Assembly: GCA_964391975.1 (NCBI GenBank)
Contig: CAYMNZ010000001.1
Location: 15,280-79,279, forward strand
Source: an uncultured Candidatus Saccharibacteria bacterium
Lineage (GTDB): Bacteria > Patescibacteriota > Minisyncoccia > Phycocordibacterales > Phycocordibacteraceae
Direction of reading: 5' to 3'
Length of the DNA stretch: 64,000 nucleotides
Positions 12,130-21,154 of this stretch are shown in pieces. The notes below the pieces were generated by a model. That model was not told the origin of the DNA and did no database searches. It saw only the letters and a program-made list of their open reading frames with translations. Position 1 is the stretch's first letter; every line of letters starts with the position of its first letter. A program made the position numbers and the translations under genes.

Positions 12130-12170
12130 TTTCACCTATCCCGCGACGCGGGCTTTTCATTGCTTAACTC

Positions 12171-12524
12171 ATGTCTCGCTCCCTCAAGAAAGGACCGTAT
12201 GTGGACGTCAAACTCCTCAAGAAGGTCAAGGACAAGAAACCAGCTTCGGCGGGGGTAATTAAGACATGGGCCCGCAATTCCCAAATCGCACCTGAGTTCG
12301 TCGGCTTCACGTTCGGCGTTCACAACGGAAAGACCTTCGTAGATGTCCTCGTCACCGAGGACATGGTGGGACACCGCCTTGGTGAGTTCTCACCTACCAA
12401 GAAGTTCATCCGCCACGGAGGAAAGATGCAGAAGGAGCTCGAGCAGAAGAAGAAGGACTCTGAGATTGCAGCCGCTAAGGCTTCCAAGGAGCCTGCTGCC
12501 GCAGCCCCTGCCAAGAAGAAATAA
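12171..12524 (+). CDS. rpsS: 30S ribosomal protein S19 (K/A-rich C-terminal extension)
   Basis: 117 aa; [11 protein letters not shown]...[18 protein letters not shown] core plus a ~25-aa tail. Confidence 0.94.
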   Translation: MSRSLKKGPYVDVKLLKKVKDKKPASAGVIKTWARNSQIAPEFVGFTFGVHNGKTFVDVLVTEDMVGHRLGEFSPTKKFIRHGGKMQKELEQKKKDSEIAAAKASKEPAAAAPAKKK

Positions 12525-12526
12525 CT

Positions 12527-12844
12527 ATGAAAGCCTCACTTACAAGCCACAACCAGCCTCCGCGCAAAGTCCGTCTCGTGACTGACCTTGTGAAGGGCAA
12601 GAAGGTCGAAGACGCACTTGCTGCGCTCTCGTTCCTCCCTAAGCGTGCTGCCGCTCCAATCAAGAAGTTGATTGAGTCTGCTGCTGCTAATGCTAAGAAC
12701 AAGGGGGAGGACGTCACGAAGCTCAAGGTGAAGAACATCACTGTGGATTCCGCTGGCATGCTCGTTAAGTACATGCCGCGCGCCATGGGTCGTGGAGCAC
12801 CGGTACGCCGCCGCAAGAGCCAGATAAGCGTCGAGCTCGCATAA
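12527..12844 (+). CDS. rplV: 50S ribosomal protein L22
   Basis: 105 aa; position and sequence match L22. Confidence 0.9.
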   Translation: MKASLTSHNQPPRKVRLVTDLVKGKKVEDALAALSFLPKRAAAPIKKLIESAAANAKNKGEDVTKLKVKNITVDSAGMLVKYMPRAMGRGAPVRRRKSQISVELA

Positions 12845-12851
12845 CTTTTAT

Positions 12852-13562
12852 ATGACACACACCGTACATCCTTACGCACACCGCCTCGGTATCATCCGGG
12901 ACTGGAAGAGCCGTTGGTTTGCCCGTGGCAAGGCGCAGTACCGCGAGAACATCGCTATTGATGAGGGTATACGCCGTTTCCTCACCAAGCGTCTTAAGGG
13001 CATGCACGTCTCTGACATTGAGATTGAGCGCTCTGCAACCGAGACTCGCGTGCTTTTGCACACTGCCCGCCCAGGTCTCGTGATTGGCCGCTCTGGTGAG
13101 AACGCAACGAAGCTCCGCAAGGAACTCGCTGGCGTTATTGCTAAGGCATCTCCTAAGGATTCTGCAGCTCGCAAGTCGCTCGTGAAGCTCGACATCATGG
13201 AAGTTCGCCAGCCTGAGACCAACGCCGCTGTCGTCGGTCAGATGGTTGCTGAGGGACTTGAGAAGCGCCTTCCGTTCCGCCGCGTGTTGAAGAGCACTGT
13301 CGAGAAGGTTATGGCCGTTCGCGATGTCGTTGGAGTTCGCATCGTGATTTCTGGTCGCCTTGGTGGCGCAGATATGTCTCGCATCGAGCAGATCAAGCGC
13401 GGACGTATTCCTCTTCAGACCTTCCGTGCAAACATCGACTACGCACACACGGAGGCACACCTTCCGTATGGTCAGATTGGCATCAAGGTTTGGGTCTACC
13501 TCGGCGATACCTTCACTGAGCGTAACCGTGGTGCTCAGCCAGCTGCGACACCTCGCGCATAA
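12852..13562 (+). CDS. rpsC: 30S ribosomal protein S3
   Basis: 236 aa; KH-domain motif LVIGRSGENATKLRKEL. Confidence 0.95.
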   Translation: MTHTVHPYAHRLGIIRDWKSRWFARGKAQYRENIAIDEGIRRFLTKRLKGMHVSDIEIERSATETRVLLHTARPGLVIGRSGENATKLRKELAGVIAKASPKDSAARKSLVKLDIMEVRQPETNAAVVGQMVAEGLEKRLPFRRVLKSTVEKVMAVRDVVGVRIVISGRLGGADMSRIEQIKRGRIPLQTFRANIDYAHTEAHLPYGQIGIKVWVYLGDTFTERNRGAQPAATPRA

Positions 13563-13572
13563 TATTTTTCGT

Positions 13573-13995
13573 ATGTTGTTTCCTAAAAAAGTAAAACACC
13601 GCAAGTGGCAGACTGGACGAAAGTCTCCAGCGAAGATGGCGCGTCCTGATACGCGTGGTACGAAGGTATCCTTCGGTTCCCACGGCATGAAGGCAACCAC
13701 TGCGTCTCGCATCACCTCTAACCAGATTGAGGCCGCTCGTAAGGTGCTCACCCGCGTTACTGGTAAGGGAGGCAAGCTCTGGATTCGCATCTTCCCTGAT
13801 CGCCCAATTACGCAGAAGGCAGACGGTCTGAAGATGGGTAAGGGAAAGGGAGATCCGAAGCACTTTGTGTTTGAGGTGCACCCAGGTCGTGTGCTCTTCG
13901 AGCTCGATGGTGTTGAGGATGCGATTGCCCGCGACGCTATGCGCCGCGCCGGTGCAAAGCTTCCGCTTAAGACCTCCGTCGTCCTTCGTTCCTAA
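13573..13995 (+). CDS. rplP: 50S ribosomal protein L16
   Basis: ORF-track ORF 13360..13995 trimmed to the ATG at 13573 just after the rpsC stop; MLFPKKVKHRKWQTGRK... is the canonical L16 N-terminus. Confidence 0.92.
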   Translation: MLFPKKVKHRKWQTGRKSPAKMARPDTRGTKVSFGSHGMKATTASRITSNQIEAARKVLTRVTGKGGKLWIRIFPDRPITQKADGLKMGKGKGDPKHFVFEVHPGRVLFELDGVEDAIARDAMRRAGAKLPLKTSVVLRS

Positions 13996-14001
13996 TCATT
14001 T

Positions 14002-14202
14002 ATGGCAAAGAAACCTACATTCAAGGACCAGAGCGTCGAAGAGCTCAACAAGGCACTTCTCGAGAAGAAGGAGGAGCTCCGCAAGCTTCGTTTTGAGGCT
14101 GCGGGCGCACGGCCGAAGGAGAGCAATGCTCCAGCAAAGATTCGCAAGGATATTGCTCGCATCTTGACGGAACTCACGCTTCGCGCGAAGGTAAGCAACT
14201 AA
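14002..14202 (+). CDS. rpmC: 50S ribosomal protein L29
   Basis: 66 aa; position and coiled character typical of L29. Confidence 0.85.
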   Translation: MAKKPTFKDQSVEELNKALLEKKEELRKLRFEAAGARPKESNAPAKIRKDIARILTELTLRAKVSN

Positions 14203-14204
14203 CC

Positions 14205-14450
14205 ATGGAAACTCCTACCTCCCGTCCCCAGAGCTTCAAGGGCGTCGTCGTAAAGACGGCGATGAAGGACACCGCTACGGTGGCTGTCTCTCGCTACGTG
14301 AAGCACCCGAAGTACAAGAAGTTCCAGACCCGCACGAAGAAGTTCTTGGTCCATGACCCAGGCAACACAGTGAAGGTCGGTGACAATGTCACCATCGTCG
14401 CGTGCCGCCCGCTTTCGAAGATGAAGCGCTTCAAGATCGCTACCGCATAA
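14205..14450 (+). CDS. rpsQ: 30S ribosomal protein S17
   Basis: 81 aa; GVVVKTAMKDTATVAVSRYVKHPKYKK. Confidence 0.9.
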   Translation: METPTSRPQSFKGVVVKTAMKDTATVAVSRYVKHPKYKKFQTRTKKFLVHDPGNTVKVGDNVTIVACRPLSKMKRFKIATA

Positions 14451-14454
14451 GCCT

Positions 14455-14832
14455 ATGATTCACGACCGCACTATCGTTACCGTTGCAGACAACTCAGGAG
14501 CCAAGATTGGCCGTGTCTTCAAGGTGCTTGGTGGGTCTAAGCGCCGCTACGCAAGCCTTGGCGACGTCGTCGTTATTTCCATCCAGACTGCAGAGCCTCG
14601 CAAGGCCACTAAGAAGAAGGATGTCGTGAAGGCAGTCGTTGTCCGCACCAAGAAGGCTGCACGCCGCGCCAATGGTTCCTACATTGCCTTCGATGACAAC
14701 GCCGTCGTTATCATCGAGAAGCAGGGTAAGGAGATGGGCCCTCGTGGTAACCGCGTCTTCGGTCCAGTTGCTCGTGAGCTCACCGAGAAGGGTTGGCAGA
14801 ACATTGCGTCACTCGCACCTGAAATCGTTTAA
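14455..14832 (+). CDS. rplN: 50S ribosomal protein L14
   Basis: 125 aa; MIHDRTIVTVADNSGAK L14 N-terminus. Confidence 0.95.
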   Translation: MIHDRTIVTVADNSGAKIGRVFKVLGGSKRRYASLGDVVVISIQTAEPRKATKKKDVVKAVVVRTKKAARRANGSYIAFDDNAVVIIEKQGKEMGPRGNRVFGPVARELTEKGWQNIASLAPEIV

Positions 14833-14834
14833 GT

Positions 14835-15224
14835 ATGAAAAAGTACACCAAGACCAAGCAGAAGTCCTACGCCGCAGGACGCAGGAAGAAGAACTCCCGC
14901 CGCGCGCCGAAGATTGTCATCATGAAGATGAAGCTCAAGAAGGGCGACCATGTCGTGGTTGTCTCGGGCAAGGACAAGGGAAAGGAGGGCACCATCCTCA
15001 CGGTCTTCCCAAAGCTTAACCGCATCGTCGTTGATGGCGTCGCCATGGCGAAGCGCCACCTCAGGAAGACTGGCCGCGGGCAGTCTGGCCGCATCGTCGA
15101 GCACCCAGCAGCTATCAACGCCTCAAACGTGATGCTTATTGATGCTGAGACCAAGAAGCCTACTCGCGTAGGACGCAAGGATGGCCAGCGCATCACCAAG
15201 AAGAGTAAGACTGTTCTCAAATAA
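14835..15224 (+). CDS. rplX: 50S ribosomal protein L24
   Basis: 129 aa; KOW-like KKGDHVVVVSGKDKGKEGTI. Confidence 0.9.
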   Translation: MKKYTKTKQKSYAAGRRKKNSRRAPKIVIMKMKLKKGDHVVVVSGKDKGKEGTILTVFPKLNRIVVDGVAMAKRHLRKTGRGQSGRIVEHPAAINASNVMLIDAETKKPTRVGRKDGQRITKKSKTVLK

Positions 15225-15230
15225 ACTTTT

Positions 15231-15761
15231 ATGATGCTTTCAAAACAACGCCAGCAGACTGCCTTCGAGGCACTTTCAGAACAATTCGGGTACAAAAACC
15301 GAATGGCGGCTCCGCGCATCGTTAAGGTAGTCGTCTCTTCTGGAGTTGGTAAGGCAGACAAGGTGAAGAAGGCACTCGTCGAGAAGAAGCTTGCTATCAT
15401 CACGGGTCAGAAGCCATCTCCTCGTGGTGCAAAGCAGTCAGTCGCGCAGTTTAAGGTGCGCGAGGGCGATATAGTCGGGTACCAGGTCACCATTCGTGGC
15501 GGTCGCATGTTTGATTTCGTTGATAAGCTCATCCACATCGCGCTTCCTCGTACTCGCGACTTCCGCGGCATCGCAAAGACCACCGTTGATGACATGGGCA
15601 ACATCACCATCGGCATCAAGGAGAACACGATTTTCCCTGAGACCTCTGACGAGGACCTCAAGGACGTGTTTGGGGTGGCAATCACGATTGTGACTACGGC
15701 TAAGTCGAAGCCGGAGGCGGAGGCCTTCTTCACGCACCTTGGCGTGCCTTTTAAGGCGTAG
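15231..15761 (+). CDS. rplE: 50S ribosomal protein L5
   Basis: 176 aa; position and sequence match L5. Confidence 0.92.
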   Translation: MMLSKQRQQTAFEALSEQFGYKNRMAAPRIVKVVVSSGVGKADKVKKALVEKKLAIITGQKPSPRGAKQSVAQFKVREGDIVGYQVTIRGGRMFDFVDKLIHIALPRTRDFRGIAKTTVDDMGNITIGIKENTIFPETSDEDLKDVFGVAITIVTTAKSKPEAEAFFTHLGVPFKA

Positions 15762-15773
15762 AATCAGCGTCGT

Positions 15774-15802
15774 TTGACACTGACCTTCACTGTTGATACA
15801 TT
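15774..15802 (+). promoter_or_regulatory. candidate internal promoter between rplE and rpsN (TTGACA-17nt-TGnTACATT)
   Basis: TTGACA at 15774-15779, a 17-nt spacer, then an extended -10 TGaTACATT at 15794-15802, inside the 71-nt rplE-rpsN gap. Confidence 0.35.
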
Positions 15803-15832
15803 GATTCGACGCTCCTCGGAGCTATTTTTCTT

Positions 15833-16102
15833 ATGGCCAAAAAGTCCCAAATCGCCCGCAACAATAAGCGTATGAAGCTCGTCGCTCAGTACGCTGTTAA
15901 GCGTGCCGAGATGAAGAAAGCAGGGGACTTTGAGGGCCTACAGACGCTTCCGAAGAACTCCTCCCCAGTCAGGGTTAAGAACCGCTGCTCGATTACGGGC
16001 CGTGGTCGCGGGTACCTCAGGGCCTTTGGCCTTTCCCGTATCCAGTTCCGCGAGATGGCCCGCCAGGGCAAGATCCCGGGCGTAAAGAAAGCATCATGGT
16101 AA
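15833..16102 (+). CDS. rpsN: 30S ribosomal protein S14
   Basis: 89 aa; ...[40 protein letters not shown]-terminus. Confidence 0.9.
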   Translation: MAKKSQIARNNKRMKLVAQYAVKRAEMKKAGDFEGLQTLPKNSSPVRVKNRCSITGRGRGYLRAFGLSRIQFREMARQGKIPGVKKASW

Positions 16103-16491
16103 GCGATCGCGTTGGAGATTTCATAATCCGCCTCAAGAATGCCGGCGCTATCGGCAACACTTCGGTCGTACTCCCACACTCAGGTCACCTTGAGGACATT
16201 GCTAAGAAGCTCCGCGATCTCGGGTTCGTGGCTTCGGTTGATGTTCGCGAGAAGGCAGGCAAGAAGATGCTTGAGGTCGGTCTCGCCTACCACGAGAACG
16301 GCGTCCACAAGATTAACGACGTGAAGCGCATTTCAAAGCCAGGTCGTCGCCTCTACGTATCGAGCCGCACTGCGCACTCGGTAAAGAATGGTCTTGGTGC
16401 ACGCATCATCTCGACTCCGAAAGGCATCCTTGCTGACAAGGAGGCTCGCCAGGTAAAGGTCGGTGGTGAGGAGTTGTTTGAAATCTGGTAA
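16096..16491 (+). CDS. rpsH: 30S ribosomal protein S8
   Basis: 131 aa; overlaps rpsN by 7 nt; S8-like sequence. Confidence 0.9.
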   Translation: MVSDRVGDFIIRLKNAGAIGNTSVVLPHSGHLEDIAKKLRDLGFVASVDVREKAGKKMLEVGLAYHENGVHKINDVKRISKPGRRLYVSSRTAHSVKNGLGARIISTPKGILADKEARQVKVGGEELFEIW

Positions 16492-16498
16492 TACTTTT

Positions 16499-17035
16499 AT
16501 GGCATCCCGTCTCGCAAAGAAACCAATCGTTATTCCTTCGAAGGTCCAGGTGACCTCGGCTGATGGCGTACTCACCGTTAAGGGTTCGAAGGCAACGCTC
16601 TCTCGCGCAGTGCACACCTCACTTTCTATAGAAGTTACTCCTGAGGGCGTTGAGATTAAGCCAAAGAACAACACGCGCCTTGCGCATGCACTCACTGGTA
16701 CCTTTGCGGCACACCTCAAGACCATGATTAAGGGAGTAGAGGAGCCGTTCAAGAAGAACCTCATTCTTACCGGTGTTGGTTACAAGGTTGAGCTTCAGGG
16801 CAAGGACCTCGTCTTCACCGTTGGCTTCTCGCACAAGGTGACGCTCCCTGTTCCTGAAGGACTCACTGCAGCGGTCGTGAAGAACACGATTACCGTTGAG
16901 GGCTCGGACAAGCAGCAGGTTGGACAGTTCGCTGCTGAAATCCGCGCTATCAAGCCACCGGAGCCATACCTTGGAAAGGGTATCGCCTACGAGGGTGAGG
17001 TCATCCGCCGTAAGCAGGGCAAGAAGGCCGTCTAA
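16499..17035 (+). CDS. rplF: 50S ribosomal protein L6
   Basis: ORF-track ORF 16463..17035 trimmed to the ATG after the rpsH stop ([18 protein letters not shown]...). Confidence 0.9.
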   Translation: MASRLAKKPIVIPSKVQVTSADGVLTVKGSKATLSRAVHTSLSIEVTPEGVEIKPKNNTRLAHALTGTFAAHLKTMIKGVEEPFKKNLILTGVGYKVELQGKDLVFTVGFSHKVTLPVPEGLTAAVVKNTITVEGSDKQQVGQFAAEIRAIKPPEPYLGKGIAYEGEVIRRKQGKKAV

Positions 17036-17043
17036 TATTTTGT

Positions 17044-17391
17044 ATGCCTAAGACTCTCACCAAAGCTGAATCCCGCATCCGCCGCCACAAGCGGGTACGC
17101 GGCAAGATTAAGGGAACTGATGCGCGCCCACGTCTCGCTATTTTCCGTTCCAACCGCTTCATCAGCGCGCAGATTATTAATGACGACGCGAGCACCACGC
17201 TTGTTGCTGCACACGGTCGCGAATTCCCTGGCCCACTCGGGAAGCAGGCAATCGCGGTTGGTAAAGCAATTGCTGAGCGTGCAGTAGCAAAGGGTGTGAA
17301 GACGATTGTCTTTGATCGCGCTGGCTACGCGTATGCCGCACAGGTGAAGGCACTTGCCGACGCCGCTCGTGAAGGCGGACTTTCTTTCTAG
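17044..17391 (+). CDS. rplR: 50S ribosomal protein L18
   Basis: 115 aa; [19 protein letters not shown]18 signature. Confidence 0.92.
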   Translation: MPKTLTKAESRIRRHKRVRGKIKGTDARPRLAIFRSNRFISAQIINDDASTTLVAAHGREFPGPLGKQAIAVGKAIAERAVAKGVKTIVFDRAGYAYAAQVKALADAAREGGLSF

Positions 17392-17395
17392 TACT

Positions 17396-17995
17396 ATGAC
17401 CGACACAGCAACTATGGACCCTATCGCACCAACCGACGCTCCGGCAGTCGAGGCAAAGCCTGCAGAGGCTGCTCGTACCGACGCTCCTCAGCGCGGAGGA
17501 CCTCGCGGACGTGGAGGTGACCGCCGTGGCGGAGGCCGCCCTCGTGAGCGCCGTGAGCGCGAGCGAAGCGAGTTCGACCAGGTAACGGCCGACGTGCGCC
17601 GTGTGGCCCGTGTTATGGCCGGAGGTCGCCGTTTCTCCTTCTCCGTCACCATTGTTATCGGTGACCGCAAGGGACGTGTGGGCGTTGGTCTTGGTAAGGG
17701 AGCAGACACTGCGCTCGCTATTGATAAGGCTGTGCGTGACGCGAAGAAGCACCTCGTCACGGTTCCTCGCACCAAGAGCGGCTCCATCCGCCACGATGTA
17801 TCGGTTGTCTACGGCACTACCACTCTTTCCATTATTCCTTCCCCGGGTCGTGGACTTGTCGCTGGCTCTGCAATGCGCACCGTGCTTGAGCTCGCCGGTA
17901 TCGGAGACGTGGTGACGAAGATTCTCACCCGCTCGAAGAACAAGCTCACGATTGCGCGCGCTACCGTTGCTGCACTCAAGCAGCTCAAGGGCTAA
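17396..17995 (+). CDS. rpsE: 30S ribosomal protein S5 (Arg/Gly-rich N-terminal extension)
   Basis: Trimmed to the ATG after the rplR stop; S5 core (RVARVMAGGRRFSFSVTIVIGDRKGRVGVGLGKGAD) preceded by GGPRGRGGDRRGGGRPRERRERE. Confidence 0.92.
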   Translation: MTDTATMDPIAPTDAPAVEAKPAEAARTDAPQRGGPRGRGGDRRGGGRPRERRERERSEFDQVTADVRRVARVMAGGRRFSFSVTIVIGDRKGRVGVGLGKGADTALAIDKAVRDAKKHLVTVPRTKSGSIRHDVSVVYGTTTLSIIPSPGRGLVAGSAMRTVLELAGIGDVVTKILTRSKNKLTIARATVAALKQLKG

Positions 17996-18005
17996 CCTTT
18001 TATTT

Positions 18006-18461
18006 ATGCAGACCAACACACTCAAAGCAAAATCCAAGCGCGTGACATCGATGCGCGTTGGTCGCGGCGGTAAGCGCGGAAAGACCTCTGGTCGTGGTAC
18101 CAAGGGTCAGAAGGCACGCTCTGGTCGCAAGATGCGCCCTGAGATGCGCGACCTCATCAAGAAGATTCCTAAGCTTCGTGGACACGGCAAGAACCGTAGC
18201 CGCACCGTGCGCCTCGACCGCGTGGTCGCAAAGCCAGTGAACCTCGCCGTTCTTGAGGCAGCGTTTGAGGCAGGCGATACGATTACGCCAGCCATCCTCA
18301 TCAAGAAGGGCATCATCTCAACGCGCGGCGGACGCGTTCCGGCAATCAAGATTCTTGGTGCGGGTGAACTCACCAAGAAGCTCTCGATTTCAGGAGTGAG
18401 CTTCTCCGCTACCGCCAAGGCCGCCATCGAAAAGGCAGGTGGCTCCATCCTCAATGGTTAG
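18006..18461 (+). CDS. rplO: 50S ribosomal protein L15
   Basis: Starts 10 nt after the rpsE stop (MQTNTLKAKSKRVTSMRVGRGGKRGKTSGRGTKGQ...). No room for an L30 gene between S5 and L15. Confidence 0.92.
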   Translation: MQTNTLKAKSKRVTSMRVGRGGKRGKTSGRGTKGQKARSGRKMRPEMRDLIKKIPKLRGHGKNRSRTVRLDRVVAKPVNLAVLEAAFEAGDTITPAILIKKGIISTRGGRVPAIKILGAGELTKKLSISGVSFSATAKAAIEKAGGSILNG

Positions 18462-19728
18462 CGAATTCTTCAGGAAAATCTCCCTCGTCGTAACGGACCC
18501 AGTCCTCAGGTTCCGCGTTCTCTTCATCGTTGCCGCGTTTGCTGTTTTCCGTTTCCTCGCAGCTGTTCCGATTCCGGGCGTTAACCCGCTTGCACTTGAG
18601 CAGTTCTTCTCAAACAACCAGTTCCTTGGTCTCTTGAACGTCTTCTCCGGAGGCGGGTTCGAGAACCTTTCTATCGTGATGCTCGGTGTGGGTCCGTACA
18701 TTACGGCATCCATCATCATGCAGCTTGCAACCGTTATTTTCCCAGCCGTTAAGGCTATGTACTCTGAGGAGGGTGAGGCAGGCCGCACCAAGTTCATCGC
18801 TATTTCCCGCGCGCTCACCATTCCGCTCGCTATTCTTCAGGCAGTCGCCTTCCTCTCGCTTCTTGAGACGCAGGGTGTCGTGACCTCGCTCACGCCGTTT
18901 GATTTCGCAGTGAACGTCTTCCTCGTTGCGGCAGGTTCCATGCTCCTCATGTGGATTGGTGAGCTCATCACCGAATTCGGCATTGGTAACGGTGTATCGC
19001 TCATCATCTTCGCAGGCATCATTGCTGGTATTCCTGGCGGCCTCACGCAGATTCTCTACACCGCAACCGCGGCCAACATTCCGGCCTACCTTGGCTTCTT
19101 CATCCTCTCGCTCGCAGCCATCTATGCGGTGGTGTCGGTGTCTGAGGCAGAACGCTCTGTTCCCATTGCCTACGCTCGCCAGGTACGCGGTGCGGCACAT
19201 CAGCAGGGTGCTGCTACCTATCTTCCGATTCGCATTCTCCAGGCAGGGGTGATGCCAATCATCTTCGGTCTCTCGCTCGTGCTCCTTCCACAGGTAGTGC
19301 TTACTGGTCTCTCGGCGGTTGGCGTTGCCGGGATTGATCCTTGGATTGCAGGCTATGCTGCCTTCTCCGCAAACCCATGGCTCCATGGCGCGGTCTACTT
19401 TATCTTCGTGTTCATGTTCACTTTCTTCTACACCTCTATTACGTTCGAGCCACACCGCGTCGCTGAGAACCTCCAGAAGTCTGGTGCCTTCGTTCCAGGT
19501 GTCCGCCCTGGACGCGAGACCGAGACTTACATCGGTAACGTCGTTTCCCGCGTGACCTTCCCGGGCGCTCTCTTCCTCGGTGCCATCGCCGTCGTTCCGT
19601 TTATCGTGCAGGGACTGACCGGCATCACCGCCATCCTCGTTGGTGGTACTGCGCTTATCATTGCCGTGACCGTGGTGCTCGACCTCATTCGCAAGATCGA
19701 CGCGCAGGTTTCGCTCAAAGAATACTAA
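18454..19728 (+). CDS. secY: preprotein translocase subunit SecY
   Basis: ~425 aa polytopic membrane protein with SecY motifs; start could be 18439 (ORF track) or 18454 (MVSEFFRK, overlapping the rplO stop). Confidence 0.93.
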   Translation: MVSEFFRKISLVVTDPVLRFRVLFIVAAFAVFRFLAAVPIPGVNPLALEQFFSNNQFLGLLNVFSGGGFENLSIVMLGVGPYITASIIMQLATVIFPAVKAMYSEEGEAGRTKFIAISRALTIPLAILQAVAFLSLLETQGVVTSLTPFDFAVNVFLVAAGSMLLMWIGELITEFGIGNGVSLIIFAGIIAGIPGGLTQILYTATAANIPAYLGFFILSLAAIYAVVSVSEAERSVPIAYARQVRGAAHQQGAATYLPIRILQAGVMPIIFGLSLVLLPQVVLTGLSAVGVAGIDPWIAGYAAFSANPWLHGAVYFIFVFMFTFFYTSITFEPHRVAENLQKSGAFVPGVRPGRETETYIGNVVSRVTFPGALFLGAIAVVPFIVQGLTGITAILVGGTALIIAVTVVLDLIRKIDAQVSLKEY

Positions 19729-19754
19729 TTCCCCTTGTGCTACAGTAGTGCGGT

Positions 19755-20321
19755 ATGGATTTGAACACAGTACTCCTCATAGGTAAGCCAGGCAGCGGCA
19801 AGGGCACGCAGGCACAGCTCCTTGCCGAGATGACAGGGTTTCAAGTCATCGCCTCAGGCGACCTCTTCCGCGCGCTTATGAAAGAGGATACGGAGGTGGG
19901 TGCCAAGATGCGGGAGGAAATCGAGAAGGGTTTACTCGCTCCTGATTGGTTTGCAATGTACCTCTTCCAGAAGTCGGTGCTCAATCTTCCGTCGACTCAG
20001 GGGGTAATCTTTGACGGCTTTGGTCGTAAGGTGCCTGAGGCCAAAGTAGTGGTTGATGTGCTCACGTGGCTCGGGCGTCCGTTCACGGCAGTGCATGTGA
20101 AGGTCTCAGATGCTGAAATTATTGACCGCCTCGAGAAGCGCAAGGGAGTCTCCGGACGTGCTGACGACCATGCGGTTGAGAAGCGTCTTGAGGAATACCG
20201 TATCTTCACCGAGCCTTCTATTGAAGTGTTCCGCGAAGCCGGAAAGCTCGTTGAGGTGAATGGCGAGGGAGCGGTCGACGCTATTCAGGCAGAGATTCAG
20301 AAAGCACTCAACCTCGGATGA
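19755..20321 (+). CDS. adk: adenylate kinase
   Basis: 188 aa; P-loop LIGKPGSGKGTQA. Confidence 0.93.
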   Translation: MDLNTVLLIGKPGSGKGTQAQLLAEMTGFQVIASGDLFRALMKEDTEVGAKMREEIEKGLLAPDWFAMYLFQKSVLNLPSTQGVIFDGFGRKVPEAKVVVDVLTWLGRPFTAVHVKVSDAEIIDRLEKRKGVSGRADDHAVEKRLEEYRIFTEPSIEVFREAGKLVEVNGEGAVDAIQAEIQKALNLG

Positions 20322-21094
20322 TTGTTCGCACACCAGAAGAGCGGGAGGGAATCATTGAAGCAGGACGCAGGCTTGGCGTGGTGCTCTCTGAGGTTGCCAA
20401 AATTGTTGCGCCGGGCGTTTCAACCGCTGAGCTCGATATCCTTGCAGAGAAGTTAATTCTCGAAGGAGGAGATACTCCTGCCTTCCTTGATTACACGCCA
20501 GAGCGTGGAGTGCGTCCGTATCCAGCGACACTGTGCGTTTCAATAAATGATGAGGTTGTTCACGGCATACCAAACGAAGCGCCGCGTATTCTCGAAGAGG
20601 GAGACATCGTCGCGCTTGATCTTGGGTTGATTCACAAGGGGTTCGTAACCGACTCTGCCCTTACGGTTGCCGTAGGGGAAGTTAGTGACGAGGCGAAGCG
20701 GCTTATGCAGGTGACACAGAAATCACTTGAAGACGCTATTGCGGCAGCTCGTCCTGGCAATCGCATTGGCGACATATCGCACGCTACTGAAGCTGCCTTT
20801 AAGGGAAGCGGGTTCTCGGTCGTAAAGGTGCTTGGTGGGCACGGTGTGGGCTCGGCAGTGCATGAAGAGCCGTGGATTAGTAACGTAGGTACGCCTGGTA
20901 CCGGACCTGAGATTGTGGAGGGTATGGTGCTTGCGCTTGAGCCGATTGCCAACGCAGGAAAGGCCTCAGTCATCCTTGCTCCCGATGGCTACACGTATCG
21001 CTCCAAGGATGGCTCCATTTCTGCTCACTTCGAGCACACTATTTTGGTAGAGAAGGAGAAGACCCTTGTGATTACGAGGCGCCCTGGCGAGTAA
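20318..21094 (+). CDS. map: type I methionine aminopeptidase
   Basis: 258 aa; ATGA overlap with adk; pita-bread fold motifs (DxxALD, HGVG, EPI). Confidence 0.92.
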   Translation: MIVRTPEEREGIIEAGRRLGVVLSEVAKIVAPGVSTAELDILAEKLILEGGDTPAFLDYTPERGVRPYPATLCVSINDEVVHGIPNEAPRILEEGDIVALDLGLIHKGFVTDSALTVAVGEVSDEAKRLMQVTQKSLEDAIAAARPGNRIGDISHATEAAFKGSGFSVVKVLGGHGVGSAVHEEPWISNVGTPGTGPEIVEGMVLALEPIANAGKASVILAPDGYTYRSKDGSISAHFEHTILVEKEKTLVITRRPGE

Positions 21095-21154
21095 CAGGAT
21101 TTAGGCTATACTCCCCACATACAAGCGCGAAAGCGATTTTTTACTATAGGAATC

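Noticed and set aside
12765-13790. 341-aa minus-strand ORF
   Set aside because: Entirely antisense to rpsC/rplP; typical GC-rich shadow ORF.
17177-18103. 308-aa minus-strand ORF
   Set aside because: Antisense to rplR/rpsE/rplO; Arg/Ser/Thr-rich low-complexity translation; spurious.
18610-19455. 281-aa minus-strand ORF
   Set aside because: Antisense to secY.
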